DNA of 64,000 nt. It comes from Phoronis australis (taxonomy: Eukaryota; Animalia; Phoronida). The first letter of the stretch is position 1. The number at the start of each line of letters is the position of its first letter. The position numbers and the translations under genes are program-made. The DNA is taken from the NCBI GenBank assembly GCA_002633005.1, contig NMRA01000427.1, forward strand, positions 197,887 to 261,886, written 5' to 3'. The notes below the pieces were generated by a model. That model was not told the DNA's origin. It did not search any database and saw nothing but the letters and a program-made list of their open reading frames with translations. Positions 25,986-38,800 of this stretch are shown here, in pieces.

Positions 25986-28900
25986 GATTTTATTTCTCAC
26001 ATGAACCGTAGAAACAATCTTTTTCCGAAAAACTCGACGTGTCTTAAACTTTCAACTACGTGCCGCAACTTTTGTAAAAATGCGTTTGCGCATTCTAAAG
26101 TAAACTCGGTTACTTTTTGTTAATAGTTTTATTTTAAACTTAACAACGGTAAATCTCATTCAGTTTTCGTAACAAACGTTTATGTAAGGATATAAAAAAT
26201 AGTCTTTAAAGTTGTAAATGATTATAACTAACACAGTCAGCAGGGCTTCCCTGTGTGAGCGCTGAATTGACCTTAAGAAAATAGCTAGACAGTCTCACCG
26301 CGCTTCTTGAATTGGGATTCTTCTCCGTTTCAATGGACGTAGATAAGGACTTCGCCTCCCAACATGGGTCCGCTTAAGAAGTTGTTGCATGTCCCTTCGA
26401 CCTGGAGTACGTACAGTTGCGACACTCGATTTATCAAACCTAAATGTCACCTTCACGGAATTCCGGCATTGTTTAGTTTGCGTGTTTGGTTGATGGTAGG
26501 CTAAAAGTTTTGCAGAAGATAAAACGTAAGGCGTACGGATTTCTGCTTTGCACTATTTTGTGATTCGCTCATGTAATATCAAAAAAATTTGTACCCGTTA
26601 TTATTAACCAGTCGTGTCGTAACACCTTCCAGGTCATGCAATAAATTACATTTTGTATCGTATTGCTAATATGCTAATATGCTAGCAATCTCCCCAGATG
26701 GATGGTATCCATCTTGAATGTGCCAGACCAAACACACTTAATTCAAAGTAAAATTTTGTTATACCAGGTATAACTGCAAGTCGCCCGACTGTAGGCCTAA
26801 AGCCCGTACCACAGATACATGAATACTCCTGCCGGCAAAATACTGACAAACAGGAACCAATCAAACAAGCATAATTATCAGCATCTATAGAGACTTAGCA
26901 TCAGTTTCGAAATAGCTAAAAAGAGAAAGTTTCCCATCGGTTTAATGTTAGAGGCTTTTAAACAACCGGCTTGCACGGTCCATAGCACTCGGTTCAACAC
27001 AACAAAAAGACCGCACTGCTATACGTGTAAGAAGTCACGTGATAGTCAATTTTTATTGCTCAGTCAACGCTACCTTTCGGTCACTCCCTGTCACTAATAA
27101 CGCCGAATTCGGATGATTAATGATTACCTGTCTGCCACTAATGCATGTATAACGCGATTTGGATCCAAACATACATGTAAGATTAGAAGTGCACAGTCAA
27201 ATTACATTTTCATATGTTTGACTTTTTCCGATTCATGTAATCACGGGGCGATTTAACAGTAGAATTTTTACGTTTGGTATATAGGTGTGATTATCTACAA
27301 CGGTCCCGGCAGAAAACTAAAGAATTAGGAATGTTCAGGTACATATAAATGGCCACGTAATAATTTTCGAAGTACTTAGTTATTTCCAGCGCTATATAAA
27401 TCTGGTCTATATATTCTCACTGTTTTTATTCTATAATTTTATTTGACTGGGTCTTAAACGTCAAAATGACGTTATACTCAGCAAGCGAATTTTCCCAAAT
27501 GTCCACAAAACAATGTGCACTCAAATGACATACACCGTGGTTCGATAATTCGAAAAACAGTGCAAAACTACTTGGCACATAGTCTGTATATTGTGAAACG
27601 ACTAACCTTTCAACAATCCTATGTACATCTCCGAAGTGTGCTCACCTGCTACGTACTGACATCTAAATTAGAAACTTCTTTTCTAATTGGCTTTTGAAAA
27701 ACAACACCGGAACGTAACTAGTATCATATAGTCAATAAATTCACCTTTGTGTTTGTGTGAGAGATCAAAACGAAATAACGAGTCATTTTCCATTTAAATC
27801 GCCATTGCTTCTTTGTTTTTACTGTTGTGCTATCGGGATCCCGGTTTATATTGGCTGAAAATGTTAACTTAGTTCTTGCACGTGACTCATGAACAAAACC
27901 GAGGGTATGATCTGCTCATTTGGAAGCACAATTAAACAACCTTGCAGAACCTGTGAAGGCTCAGTTAAGTTACAATCTCTAAAATGCCACTTTAAGTCAC
28001 CGATCTTGTTCACAGACATATTTGCACTTCATGGTAGCGTCAACACATCTCATCCTTTGTTAATGTTCGTAACAATTAAATTAACGGATAGTCCCCTAAT
28101 AGTCATAGTGTCGAGGTAACTGAAACTAACCCACCGTCACAAGCAAGTTTACGAGCCCAGTGTGCAGCAAAAAAGCAACGTGTTGTTTCTTTTAATTACT
28201 ACATATCAATACGCGACCACGAAGTGTCGTAAAACAAAAGATGATTTTGACTGAAGACGCGGGTTTATCGCCGTTTTAACATGTGGACAAGAAAGTGAAG
28301 AAAAGAACAAAATACTGTGTAGCAACTATGGTACATGTATTTGTAACTTTCCGTTATCTACTTCTGAATAATCCACTGCGTCATTCATGCTAAGAAAAAT
28401 AAGCCATTCTGAATAACAATAATGACTTAACACAAATTTAAACTGGCCTTTTGATTAAGAACAATACGTTCAAGGAAATAATCTTTTTCAGTAGTCAAAT
28501 GAGAGGTGATTCCTTGAGGTTGAAAGAACTGGTAATTCTTCATTACTTAAGACTAGGCTCTGCAAGTTGACTGTTCACGGCACGTCATTTTAAATGTATG
28601 TACCGAGCAAGGAATCGACGGATAATGAACAGTCAGTTCATTACGACCCCCAGGGGTCGCTTCTCACCTAAAAAGGGAACAACTTGAAACCAATTTTTAT
28701 TACCGCGATAGACGAACGAAGTCTTAAGTTCACCTCTGTGACAAAACGCAGGTTTTTTGCCTCTTAAGAGGTTGAGTTGATATTTTTGGATAATAGTAAT
28801 TATCAAACTGAGGTAACAATTACTGTAATCTTCCAGAAAGTGGATCGCACAATGTTGTTTATCCGCTCATAGAACGGTCTCAGCGCGGGCTAGAATATAA

Positions 28901-29013
28901 TTATCGACATCTAACCTTTCCTAATGAAGTACGTGAAGTGATTAATGGATACCCAAACCACTATCATTCCAAGTAGTGTCTAGTTGCGAAAAGTGTTGAT
29001 CTGCAATACTTAC

Positions 29014-29159
29014 GCGAAAGGGAATAGTCGATCTCGACACAGAGCCAAAATCGTGCTCCAAGTACGACAGACGTGACTCCTGGGCCATACATTTCGGCGA
29101 GAGCCATAAGTTCAACAATTGGCAACGGACCTTTACGACCAGGTACAACTGCAATGGTG
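29014..29159 (-). CDS. ZP protein exon: TIAVVPGRKGPLPIVELMALAEMYGPGVTSVVLGARFWLCVEIDYSLS (linker and start of ZP-C)
   Basis: aaattttacag| ... |gtaagt; 146 nt; phase 2 to 1; VxxVxLGxxxxLxVEI pattern. Confidence 0.9.
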
Positions 29160-29701
29160 CTGTAAAATTTCGAAAGCAGACCTTTTGAAAGTATTCGCTC
29201 AAGCAATTGCTAAAATGCATAGTCATTGGTGCTTTTTATATTAAAGTAACCTGAAAATTTGTTTGCATGGCATATTTCTATAAGGATGAGGAAAATCCTC
29301 AGTTTATGTATTGCAGAAAGGTGACCAGTGTACTGATCACGCCTGCACAACTCCTATAGCTTTGGCAAGTTCCAGAAAACGAGCACTCATTGGTATGTTT
29401 CAACTAATTCATACTTTGTTCACTTAAAATTTCTGATCTTTCCTACTCGACACGTCTGTGGAGTTGAACGCAACAAAGTTTATTTTCTGAATTACAATCG
29501 ATTAATACATTTTCCTAACTCTTACAATACAGAAGTTGGTGTTTCTGGAATGAAAAGAAACACCATTAGTCCCTAGTAAAACAATTTCTTGGTGCTCAGA
29601 TTTCCAATCAAGCAAACTTTATGTAAAATTTATGAGTCTGCATACCCTTGCATGTGCGTGCGCGTGCATAGGTTTGCGTGTATACACAAACACCTACGTA
29701 C

Positions 29702-29844
29702 CCGTTGACTCCATAAGTTTGCGTCACTGTTTTTGTATATTCAGTCGCAGACACGTTGCAGGTGATATTTGTTATTGCATCCTGGTGCGTGTCAAAGTCT
29801 TTGATATATTGAATTCTCACTTGGAAGTTTGCAATGCCATCAGT
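29702..29844 (-). CDS. ZP protein exon: TDGIANFQVRIQYIKDFDTHQDAITNITCNVSATEYTKTVTQTYGVN (second half of ZP-N, Cys4)
   Basis: ccgttacag| ... |gtacgt; 143 nt; phase 0 to 2; VxIQ...TxxD......C pattern of invertebrate ZP-N. Confidence 0.9.
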
Positions 29845-30435
29845 CTGTAACGACGGAGTCATTTTTGTGAATAAAAAAGCTGGCCATACGGAAGAAGGAA
29901 GTGTTTGATTATGGGACATGTATCACGAAAACGACTTCAAATTACCACTTCCGCTCTCACCCCTGACAGTATGGAATGACAAAAAGCTGAAATTTGTTCG
30001 TCGTTAAATTTTGAACTGCTCTGTCAGTCATTGATTATTTCTTGTTAAGTATCATCTTCCATTGCTTGCATGTCGCTGTATTCATGCGTGTCCGCTAGGG
30101 AGAAGAGGGACACGCAGGTATCATTCAGCAGCACGCGTTTGATCACTGGTTGATGTAACCTGGGCAGTCATTGGTTAGCTTTAAAACAAAGAAAGAACAA
30201 TGCGGACTGCGAACAATTATACATGGCAACATCTTTGCGAACTAAGTTTTTTTCTCCACAGTGTCAATAACGTGAGAAAGACCACGTACAGCTATTTGCG
30301 GCGTGGGAAGTTTATGAGGTCGACATCGACAGCCGTAAAGGAAACTCTAACTGTAATGCCAACAGGTTACGAAAAATGCACCGCTTAAACATATCCCAAT
30401 TAAGCACCGATTTCATGGGCAAACCTTTCTGTTTC

Positions 30436-30597
30436 CAGTGGCGGATTTAGAGGGGAGGGCCAAGGGGACCATGCCTCCCCCCTAAAATTCTCCCAGGTTC
30501 CATTTGGCAATACGGGGATGCGAATGTCTGTCGGGCAAAATCCTGGCTAATACTCTACCATGGCCCCCTCTAACTCAAAATCCTGGATCCGCCCCTG
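30436..30597 (+). mobile_element. 162-bp MITE (cagtggcggattt...ggatccgcccctg)
   Basis: TIRs; homologous to the reverse complement of 21618-21901; ttc on both flanks. Confidence 0.8.
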
Positions 30598-30852
30598 TTC
30601 AGAGCAGTAAACGACGTCTTGGACTAGTGATTTAGGTAACCCAAATGAACGAGCTCGGTCAAATTTGTCGTTGCACACGCGAATTTATTCTACCAGGAGA
30701 CATCTCGACGCTGTATAAGACATCTACAGTAATTGGATTGGCTCTACTTTTCCGTATTTTACAGTTAATAACGTGACGTACTGTATACTGCACCCGTATT
30801 TTCACACGTATAAGATAAAACTTATTATGTCATGATGTTCGATAATACTTAC

Positions 30853-31040
30853 GTCGGGTATGATATTGCATGTACCCAAGTCTTTAATGTACAGCGTAAA
30901 CTTTCCGTCCATATCCATGTCTTGGTAACAACCTGGTGTGTTAGCTTCTCCTTCTACTGACACACTACTGTAATTGAGTTTATTGTCTTGTATTCGATCG
31001 AACTCCACTGTGACTGTTTTGTTGAAGCATATGTACGTAC
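30853..31040 (-). CDS. ZP protein exon: TYICFNKTVTVEFDR...PGCYQD...LGTCNIIPD (first half of ZP-N, Cys1-3)
   Basis: ccttttactatag| ... |gtaagt; 188 nt; phase 1 to 0. Confidence 0.92.
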
Positions 31041-31640
31041 CTATAGTAAAAGGAGACTTAAGTGAGAGATATAGGGAGAAGGAAACAGGGTGGAACGGTA
31101 GGGGAGAGATCGAACGTGTGGCGGAGAGGTGAATTCAGGGAAGGAGGGAGTGGTACGGACAACAATGCAGACTAGCTGCAGTGGTGGAAAGGAGAGGGAG
31201 GCTTCAAAGAAGTGAGGTGTACAGACAAGCCGGCAGGTAGGCTTCTTGCGAGGTGAGGGAGGAGGGAAAGAAGAAGGCTTCGAGAGAAAATAAGAGGTAC
31301 AAATATGTAAGCTAGCTACCAGGTTGGGGGCGAGAAAGGGAGGCAGGCAGTGAGGCTGGCATGACGACATTGACAACAAGAACATGTAACATTTTAGGAA
31401 TCTATACATGACTTAATCAACTATTACCGATTGTCCTTTCTTAAAATATCGAAGCGATAATTAAAACAATAACATGTATTTTTGCATAACTTAAGCGGTT
31501 TTAAACATATTTCCTACATCCAGATGCTTCTTCCCAAAAAAACAGTCACTACAACTCGCAAAATATTTTCGATCGACTACTTAACAATGTAATGCCCTCA
31601 CAATGAACCAATCACGACTGAATATCGACTCACGACTTAC

Positions 31641-31734
31641 CGTTAGGAAGTGGGAGGTCAGGTTTGAGAACCTGAGCGCTGGCGGTTACTGCCATAATAG
31701 CACCAACTACCAGGTATGTGAAGATAGCAGACAT
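31641..31734 (-). CDS. ZP protein first coding exon: MSAIFTYLVVGAIMAVTASAQVLKPDLPLPN (signal peptide, probable ASA|Q cleavage)
   Basis: aagATG context, hydrophobic core with an AxA motif, |gtaagt donor in phase 1; acceptor 11 nt upstream of the ATG (exon start 31745). Confidence 0.9.
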
Positions 31735-32838
31735 CTTGTCAATACCTTAAAAGTAGACATAAAAGCTCCAAAAATAATAACAATAATAGCTCATTCTTTT
31801 TAAACAATGAGAACTAAAAATTTGTCCATTGAAAAGTACTCCCAAGTTGGCGCTCACTTCAATTCAACGACTCCAACTGAAAAATGTCGTTATTGCGCAT
31901 AAGAACTTTTGGTGCAGATTCTCTCAGAATTCACACAAAAATTAAAATAACAGGATGAGGGACGACCAGTGTCTTGAGGACTATCGGCTCAGGGGTACAC
32001 TGGCGTGGCTGGCGATTTTGGGGCGAACTTCTTTTTAATACACGGTTGGCACTCCGATCAGTTTCTGTTTGAGTAATTACATTTTCCATTTAAAACAAAG
32101 ACAATTCAACATTGCAATGAGTCCAAACTTTTTGAAATTTCAGATGCCTTATGGGAGTTCAACACCACATTTGCGTCACATTCTGTCTATTATGGTCAAA
32201 CAGCAAGACGGAATTTTCCATAAACAGGATTTTTTAATTTTAATTTTGTTAAATTAAATTCTCAGCTTATCAAGTAGCAAAGAATTTGCTTTGCCATAAT
32301 ACAAACTGGTGAAGCGTTCTTAATAAAAACTGTCAATTCGACCTGGAATTCAAATAATGAATCTTTATCGCCGGCTTTAATGCGTCGGTCCGTTTTTTTA
32401 AAAGAGACAGGAAAACCTGAAAACTTCCTTGACGAAGAAACATAATGAGGCTCTCGTTTTTTAGCCCAGGTGGTTGGTGCAATGGGCTTAACCATGAGAT
32501 CTGCGCGTGTATGATGCACCGCAAATGACACTAGACCACCTGCATTCCTTTTCATCAGCTTGTGTAAATTTTTTGATTGTTTTAAACCGAGTGCTTTCCA
32601 ATTACGCCTATCAAGGATTTTTAAAATACGTCAAATAAATTGGCGATATTATGAGTGTAATAATACAGTTCTTTTAACAATATTACAATGTTTGTTGTAG
32701 GTTCTTACGACCCGAGGCCTGCATGTACATGTACATGTACTTGGTGTCGCAGCCTTCGCCATCACGTCAGTCGATTTCGCCAAGTGTTGCTACCGTCAGG
32801 GCACTTTTGTTTTTGTAGTTGATACGTAACAAACTTAC

Positions 32839-32920
32839 CTACGTCCAGTCTTTGTCTGAATACGTCTTAACGAATTGCTTTGACAAAATGAGAGTTTTAC
32901 GGTTATCTCCGGGCTTTATA
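32839..32920 (-). promoter_or_regulatory. Probable core promoter and non-coding first exon of the ZP gene (TATAAA 32915-32920, Inr TCATTT with +1 at ~32889, donor after 32839)
   Basis: TATAAA starts 31 nt upstream of the Inr adenine; the 51-nt exon ends at AG|gtaagt; the next exon has a free acceptor. Confidence 0.7.
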
Positions 32921-33689
32921 CCAGTTAGGGCGTGTGCGTTATTTAGCAACACAGTGGCTGGTCGTGTCACTGAACACAAATAAACACATGTGGAGTCATA
33001 AATTCATTCACTGGTTCGTTGATTTCATTATTTGATGGTTACCTTTTTAAGAAAAATTGTTTTAAACATCTTTTTGATCAGAAAGCAACATGTCAACTCG
33101 GGGTGAATGACATCAGATGCAAATTAGGCAAAGTCTGTAATCTAATATTTGAATGATTTAAATCTCCATGGCAGCAACATTTTTGTCGTTGCAACTGTTG
33201 GAACCATTCGATCTCATATTTATGACAAGGATTGTCGGATGTTTCAACAAAATACTAGCACCGGCCTGCAGTTCTCTTAGAGTCACTTGTATTGTTGGAG
33301 GAACCGATGCATGTTCTTGACCAACTTCGGTAACTATTATGTTAGTCACTACCAAGTAGTGACAAGTTACGCTTCAATTGAACCTTCTGGCGACCTCTTA
33401 TACAGTCGTTACGTCATCCGACAGAGGCCTAACACTCTACACTATTTCCACAATATATCTTCCTCAAGCCGTTCCCGCTTTTAAAAAGGTTTATATAACT
33501 TAATAAAGTATAATGCTTAATTTTAATAATTTGTCGTAAAGAGCGTCGATTTTAATTTGATTGTTCGGTGCATAGGCCTTTTCGCGGATTGCTAAGATGG
33601 ATGCGAGCGCAGCGTAGGTTTGCAAGTTATCATTCATCCAATCCACGATCCAGAAAAAGTCACGCAGGCAACCGTCTCCGTGGTGACCT

Positions 33690-33845
33690 GGCGTGCGTTC
33701 AGTTGACGCTAGGACCTACACTAGGACCTCGCTAAAATCTGGTCAAGGTCACGTGCTCTCATTTAAAATACACGGCAATATCTCACGTAATCTCGCGAAG
33801 TCTTGCTTTTTAGCGAGGTCCTAGTGTTACTGAACGGGAGGCAGG
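33690..33845 (+). mobile_element. 156-bp MITE, copy 1 (partner 46575-46730)
   Basis: Same length with ~10 substitutions between copies; subterminal inverted cgttcag...ctgaacg and ctaggacctcgctaaaa...ttttagcgaggtcctag. Confidence 0.85.
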
Positions 33846-33957
33846 CTTTGGATTTTGCATAGATGCTATCTGTTTGCTCTCATCTATGATTAACTGGACT
33901 TCGGATGCTTGAAGTACTATTCAAATATTAAAGAAAATAACAACGGTTTTAAGCCAA

Positions 33958-34002
33958 CTTGACGTGTTTCGGTGTCATTTATTCAAACACCATCATCAGA
34001 AG
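33958..34002 (-). ncRNA. Minimal type-I hammerhead ribozyme motif in a Penelope pseudo-LTR fragment (intact core)
   Basis: ctt-CTGATGA-t-ggtgt[11 nt]acacc-GAAAC-ac-GTC-aag: stem I ctt/aag, stem II ggtgt/acacc, 2-bp stem III, GUC cleavage triplet; flank homologous to 41000-41085. Confidence 0.75.
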
Positions 34003-34822
34003 AGAGAATGCAGTGGTCACCTAGCTAGGCCCAGCATGGAGATTTTAATATTCATGTTTCATGATTTTGTTTTCTTTAAAAGGACTCTAACGGAGGGTAG
34101 CTGGCCAAAACTCAGTGCCCAACTCGTGTACAGTGGCAATAGGACCGTCCCTCATTACACAGTGACACTCAAATTTCCCTGTATTTACGCACAATGCCGT
34201 ATACATCCGTCAGGCACATTTGCTGCCTCGTTTTTGTGCCACTGGAGTTAAACATGTTATTTGTTGTCTGGTTCTTTACAAGTTTTTTTTCTGTTAAATT
34301 ACTCTGTTCGTCCTTTCAATGCCAACGAAGTATTACAGCTGCGCTGTTGGTTAACTCCGACGTGAAAAAATTTGATAAACTAGAAAAATACCCGTGGATA
34401 TTTGATCAGAGATTCAGGCCAACTCCACAAAATTGCTCACGTTCAAAGTGCAACGATAGTATTGGTTTTTATCGTAACATAGTTGACGAAATAACCATGA
34501 ATCGATAATAGACGCAACTAACTGACTTTGCAACACAGTGGTTTCAAATGTTTAAAATGACTGCAGTCACAAAGACATTCATCAAAATAAAACATGTTGT
34601 TTCTCTTCGTTAGCAAAGTCATCATCACGTGAGTACATCTAAACATTAAGTCGCACCTCCAATTCAGGAAGTCAGTCGAACCACGATGCACAAGAGAAAC
34701 AAAATAAATTACCATAGTTGTAAGCCGAAAGAGATCTGGTAAGCATTCAGCAATTAATAGCTAAGTACTTATGCCATAAACTTTGGACATAAGTGGATTT
34801 GCGTTTTCCAGTGTATGTTAAT

Positions 34823-35251
34823 AAAACAACGACGGATTAAACCGGCTTGATATGTTTCGGCGTTTATTGAAACACCAACATCAGAAGAAAAAACACTGTG
34901 GCCACCTTGCTAGACCAAGCAACAAGAAATGAAACACAGTTACAGGGGAGTAACAATAGACTAGACTATCAATGACAAGATGTGGTGTGCCAGTTGCCTA
35001 TCGAGACTGGGCTTGCACCAATTGACGTGTAGAGCCTCACGAATTGGTGCCAGCCCAGTCTCAATAGGCAACTGGCACACCACTAGTTGTCATGGTTAGT
35101 CTGGTCTATTGATACTCCCCTGTAACTGACTGTTTTTGTGGTTTAATTCTTGTTGTTAGACCTAGCAAGGTGGCCACTGTTTTTTTCTTCTGATTGTGGT
35201 CTTCAGTAAACGCCGATACACGTCAAGGAGGTCTAAATCCGTCGTTGTTTT
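34823..35251. mobile_element. Fold-back (head-to-head) pair of Penelope 3' ends/pLTRs, ~200-bp arms, each with a degenerate hammerhead
   Basis: aaaacaacgacggat...atccgtcgttgtttt arms around ~35030; the right arm encodes PSLNRQL and aligns to the Penelope tail at 40909-41085; HHR remnants at 34846-34887(-) and 35187-35227(+). Confidence 0.85.
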
Positions 35252-35889
35252 TGTTTCTGCTTGCTATCATGAAGATCTTTCCTGTGTATCAGTTACAATG
35301 TGAAGCAGTCATGCCGAAAAGTGCGAAATCAGTACTACAGCATAACTGAGCTGTGCTAAATAGTAAATCGTCATCTGACCTGTAAATCTCGAATATATCG
35401 AAAACTGTAAAACGAGGCGAGAAACGGATAGTGTTTGACAAGATTTTATTAATCAGTTGTTAAAGATATCAGTGAGGGGTCGCCGTAAGTACGGCACAAA
35501 AAAAGAAAAGAGAAGTCGTCGGAAAATCTCGAACAACTCGAGAATCGTAAGTCGGAGACCGAAAATTTCTTTCGTTGGTAGCACGAGGTCAAATTACATA
35601 CCAGATTTCACATAGATTAGTAAAAGAACGCCAGAGTTACTGCGCGAGAAGACAAGCAATACTGGAAAGAACAGTTACCAGATAATCTCGAATAATTCCA
35701 GAACGGTAGTTCGTAGCGAGAAACGAATGACACATGTTCGATAGCCCATGGGGTATCTCTCTAAATTCCAGGAGAATTGTCAAAGGACTGAAGAGCTAGA
35801 TCTCTGCCACACCACCATGTTAGGACTGACTTTGTCCAAAAACAACAGGCTTCGAGATTCTAACAAGAAACCCGGTGTTTGTGAATTTC

Positions 35890-38800
35890 ATGTCCAAGCA
35901 ATCCGTAGCGTACGTGTAAAAAACTTAAAAAGCAGACTTTGTAACAAAGCAACACCCTTGGATAAATTCTATTTCAGCACCGTGGCACAACTTGTTGAAG
36001 TAGTGCATGAGATTCATTTACATTTTGAGAAAGGCGAGAGCGTCAGGTTCATATTTCTAGATATAGCATCTGCTTTTGAGTGTGTCCCTCACGACCTTCT
36101 ACTCCACAAACTTCGATCCTATAGCATTACTGGGAATCTTTTAAACATGATCACCTCATATCTCTCAGATCGTACATACAGTGTTCGTGTCGACGGCGTA
36201 CTTTCAACTTTATCCCCTCCTGGATTTGTAAACGCAGGTGTATCGAAGGGTAGAGTATTGGGCCCTCTTCCCTTCTTGGTTTATATTAATGACCTTTCTG
36301 ATAACCTGTCATGTAGCACATACCTTTATGCAGATGACACGGCACTTTTATACCCCTTCGCAGGGAGCAGCCCTGAAAGTCCTTTGCAGCTTCAACACGA
36401 CTTGATTAAACTCAGCTATTGGTCACAAGAATGGAGAATGAATTTCAAAACAGAAATAAGCGTTGACCTTACCTTCTCCAAATCTATTAATGCTCTCTTC
36501 CTTGTTGACAATCCTTATGGCCCTAAACATAACGATAAAATCATTCCCAGAAAAGAGTCGCACAGACATCTTGGTATACTGTTAGATGAAAAACTCTCAT
36601 TCACACTTCACGTTCAGGAGCTCGTACAAAAAACTCAGAAACTAAGTAACCCACTTAAGCTTGTCTCTCGTCATCTAAATTCTACACATTTAGAAGTTCT
36701 GTTCAAATCCTTTATACTTCCACATGTCGATTATTTTGATATTATATATCAGTCTACCAATACTTGTGCACACCAGAATTTGGAGAAGTTACAATATCAA
36801 TCTGCCTTACTCATAACTGGGGCTTACAGCGGATCCAATAGTGTTAAGGTTTTGAATAGTCTCAAGTGGCCCAAACTGTCTGCTCGACGCAACCTTCACA
36901 TGACCACATTTACTTTCGAAGTAATAAACAATGTCAACAACGCCTCTTTCAAAGAGATATTTGAACTAGACAAGGCCATCGTAGTGGTTTGAGATCCTCC
37001 ACCCCATATGCAATTTCTCCGACGTTTAGTCAAGCATGCAGAAGGTCTACAGTTATGATGTGCATCAACAACTTTAATTCTCTTCCAGTCTATGTTAAGG
37101 AAAGCAACTCTTTTACGAGTATAAAAAATAATTTTAGAACTGTTTTTCATAACTTTGATAACTCAACAGACTCAATTCTCCTCTCCCTGCGAAAACGAAA
37201 TAGCATTGTACAGATCATGATGCGGGCTTTTCTTCAACTCCGACAAGTTTAGGCACAACTTTAGTAATGTCTCTCCAAACTGTAAATATGGTGACCATCA
37301 ATCTTATCCTCGTGTTTTCTTTAAGTGTCCCCTCATCTAATACCTGAAAGACTCACTCTTTCGTGCACTCCATGAAAATCAATTAATTGTAAAAGCTCTC
37401 AATTTTTGTAATAATATCGCTACTAAATTTACATTATTATTGAATGGTAGTCCTAACTTTGACCTTGTTCTCAATGAATTTCTCTTAGCAACGTTTGCAA
37501 AGTTTTATATATTGCTTATAAATCTTGTTGCTTCTCATTTTTCTTTTAATTTGTTCGTAATAGCATATCTAAAAATTGGAATACTTACAGAGATTCTACA
37601 TAAATGTTTGTTACTTTCATCTACGAATTGTCTACAACCCAGACATAATGCTTCAAGATTTCTTGGTTTGTCATTATTTTTTTGTTTGTTCTGTGTATTC
37701 TTCAATAAATATATATCATCTTAAAAATCTATTCCACCAGTTTACATAGAAACAAGCAAACTCACTTTACGACAAAGTATCATAGTTGGCAAATTTCATT
37801 CCGTCAAGTAATAAGCACAAGGACTGGTTTTGACAATCCTAAAAATTATTACTTTAGATCATTTAAATGAGCACTTATGTTGGTACTCACATTAATCAGC
37901 TGTCTGCCTGCCCAATGACATCGTTGAACTTTCTGGTTCACTGTCTGCCCATCAACAATCTAAACTGTACAGGCAAAAAATAAGGTGTGCCAAACAACAC
38001 CGCCAAAACTTGTTTGTAGACATGGGTGTAACTAGGTTATTAAAACCTGAAATTAAGGTGTGCCTGTTCACGGTTGAGATGAACAACAACCATATCGCTC
38101 AACACTTCTCACAACAACTGAACTGTTAAAAAAACGTGAGTTATGGTTATCTCAAACCTTATTTCTTGACTTCCATTCTAACTTATATTTACAAAGCGAA
38201 CTAGGTAAAAGTGTGTATTTACAGAAAGAAAAAAGATCATTGATTATAAAAACATATTTTATATTTACGTGCTATTGACACAATTGCTATCACTCTCACA
38301 ATCACCATTATTATTATTATTGTCATCATTACGTTAAAATAACTTTTAAATTAGATTTTCATTCTTAAAAAGCTATATACGTAGCAAATTAACCCATTGA
38401 TCCATTTCGATGAAATCAATTTTGAACGAAAATCTCCCAATTTCCCCGAAAAAGTCGGTTGTGAATTTATTATTGCTTATTTCGTTTGGTTTCTATGCCA
38501 AATTAACGCGCAATTTTGCAGTCGCGTTCGCCTATAGTACGGTACCCAAAAGCTAGGCGCTTAACAATAAAATTCCACAGTGTTTTTTGAGATTGACAAA
38601 TAACTCGTGATTCTAAATTAAAATTAAAAATGTACTTGCATGCTCCTCACCATGCTACTGAATAGCAATATCATGGCAAGATAATTAACAAATTAGTTAG
38701 AAATTCTCCATAGAATCGCAATCACCGTGTATTTGAGCGCTGCAAACCGTTGATAAATATAAGAAAGATACGATTCCCGGGACTGATTCACGTCGGCCAA

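Larger units (their letters stand above)
18551..32889 (-). other. Gene span: ZP (zona pellucida)-domain transmembrane protein, 9 exons, 1140-nt CDS, 379 aa
   Basis: Eight coding exons with GT-AG sites and mutually compatible phases (1,0,2,1,2,0,1) give an uninterrupted frame: SP-ZP-N-ZP-C-RKRR-hydrophobic patch-TM-short tail. Confidence 0.92.

Noticed and set aside
26299-26439. Possible extra ZP exon with an in-frame TGA (readthrough, selenocysteine or pseudogene idea)
   Set aside because: Exon 29014-29159 already supplies the ZP-C start and joins 24145 in the correct phase. This segment has a weak acceptor, an incompatible upstream phase and further stops.
35748-35976. N-terminal extension of the 414-aa RT ORF as a domesticated fusion
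   Set aside because: Flanking DNA that happens to be open. RT motifs are damaged (GVSKGR for GVPQGS) and the C-terminus is frameshifted.
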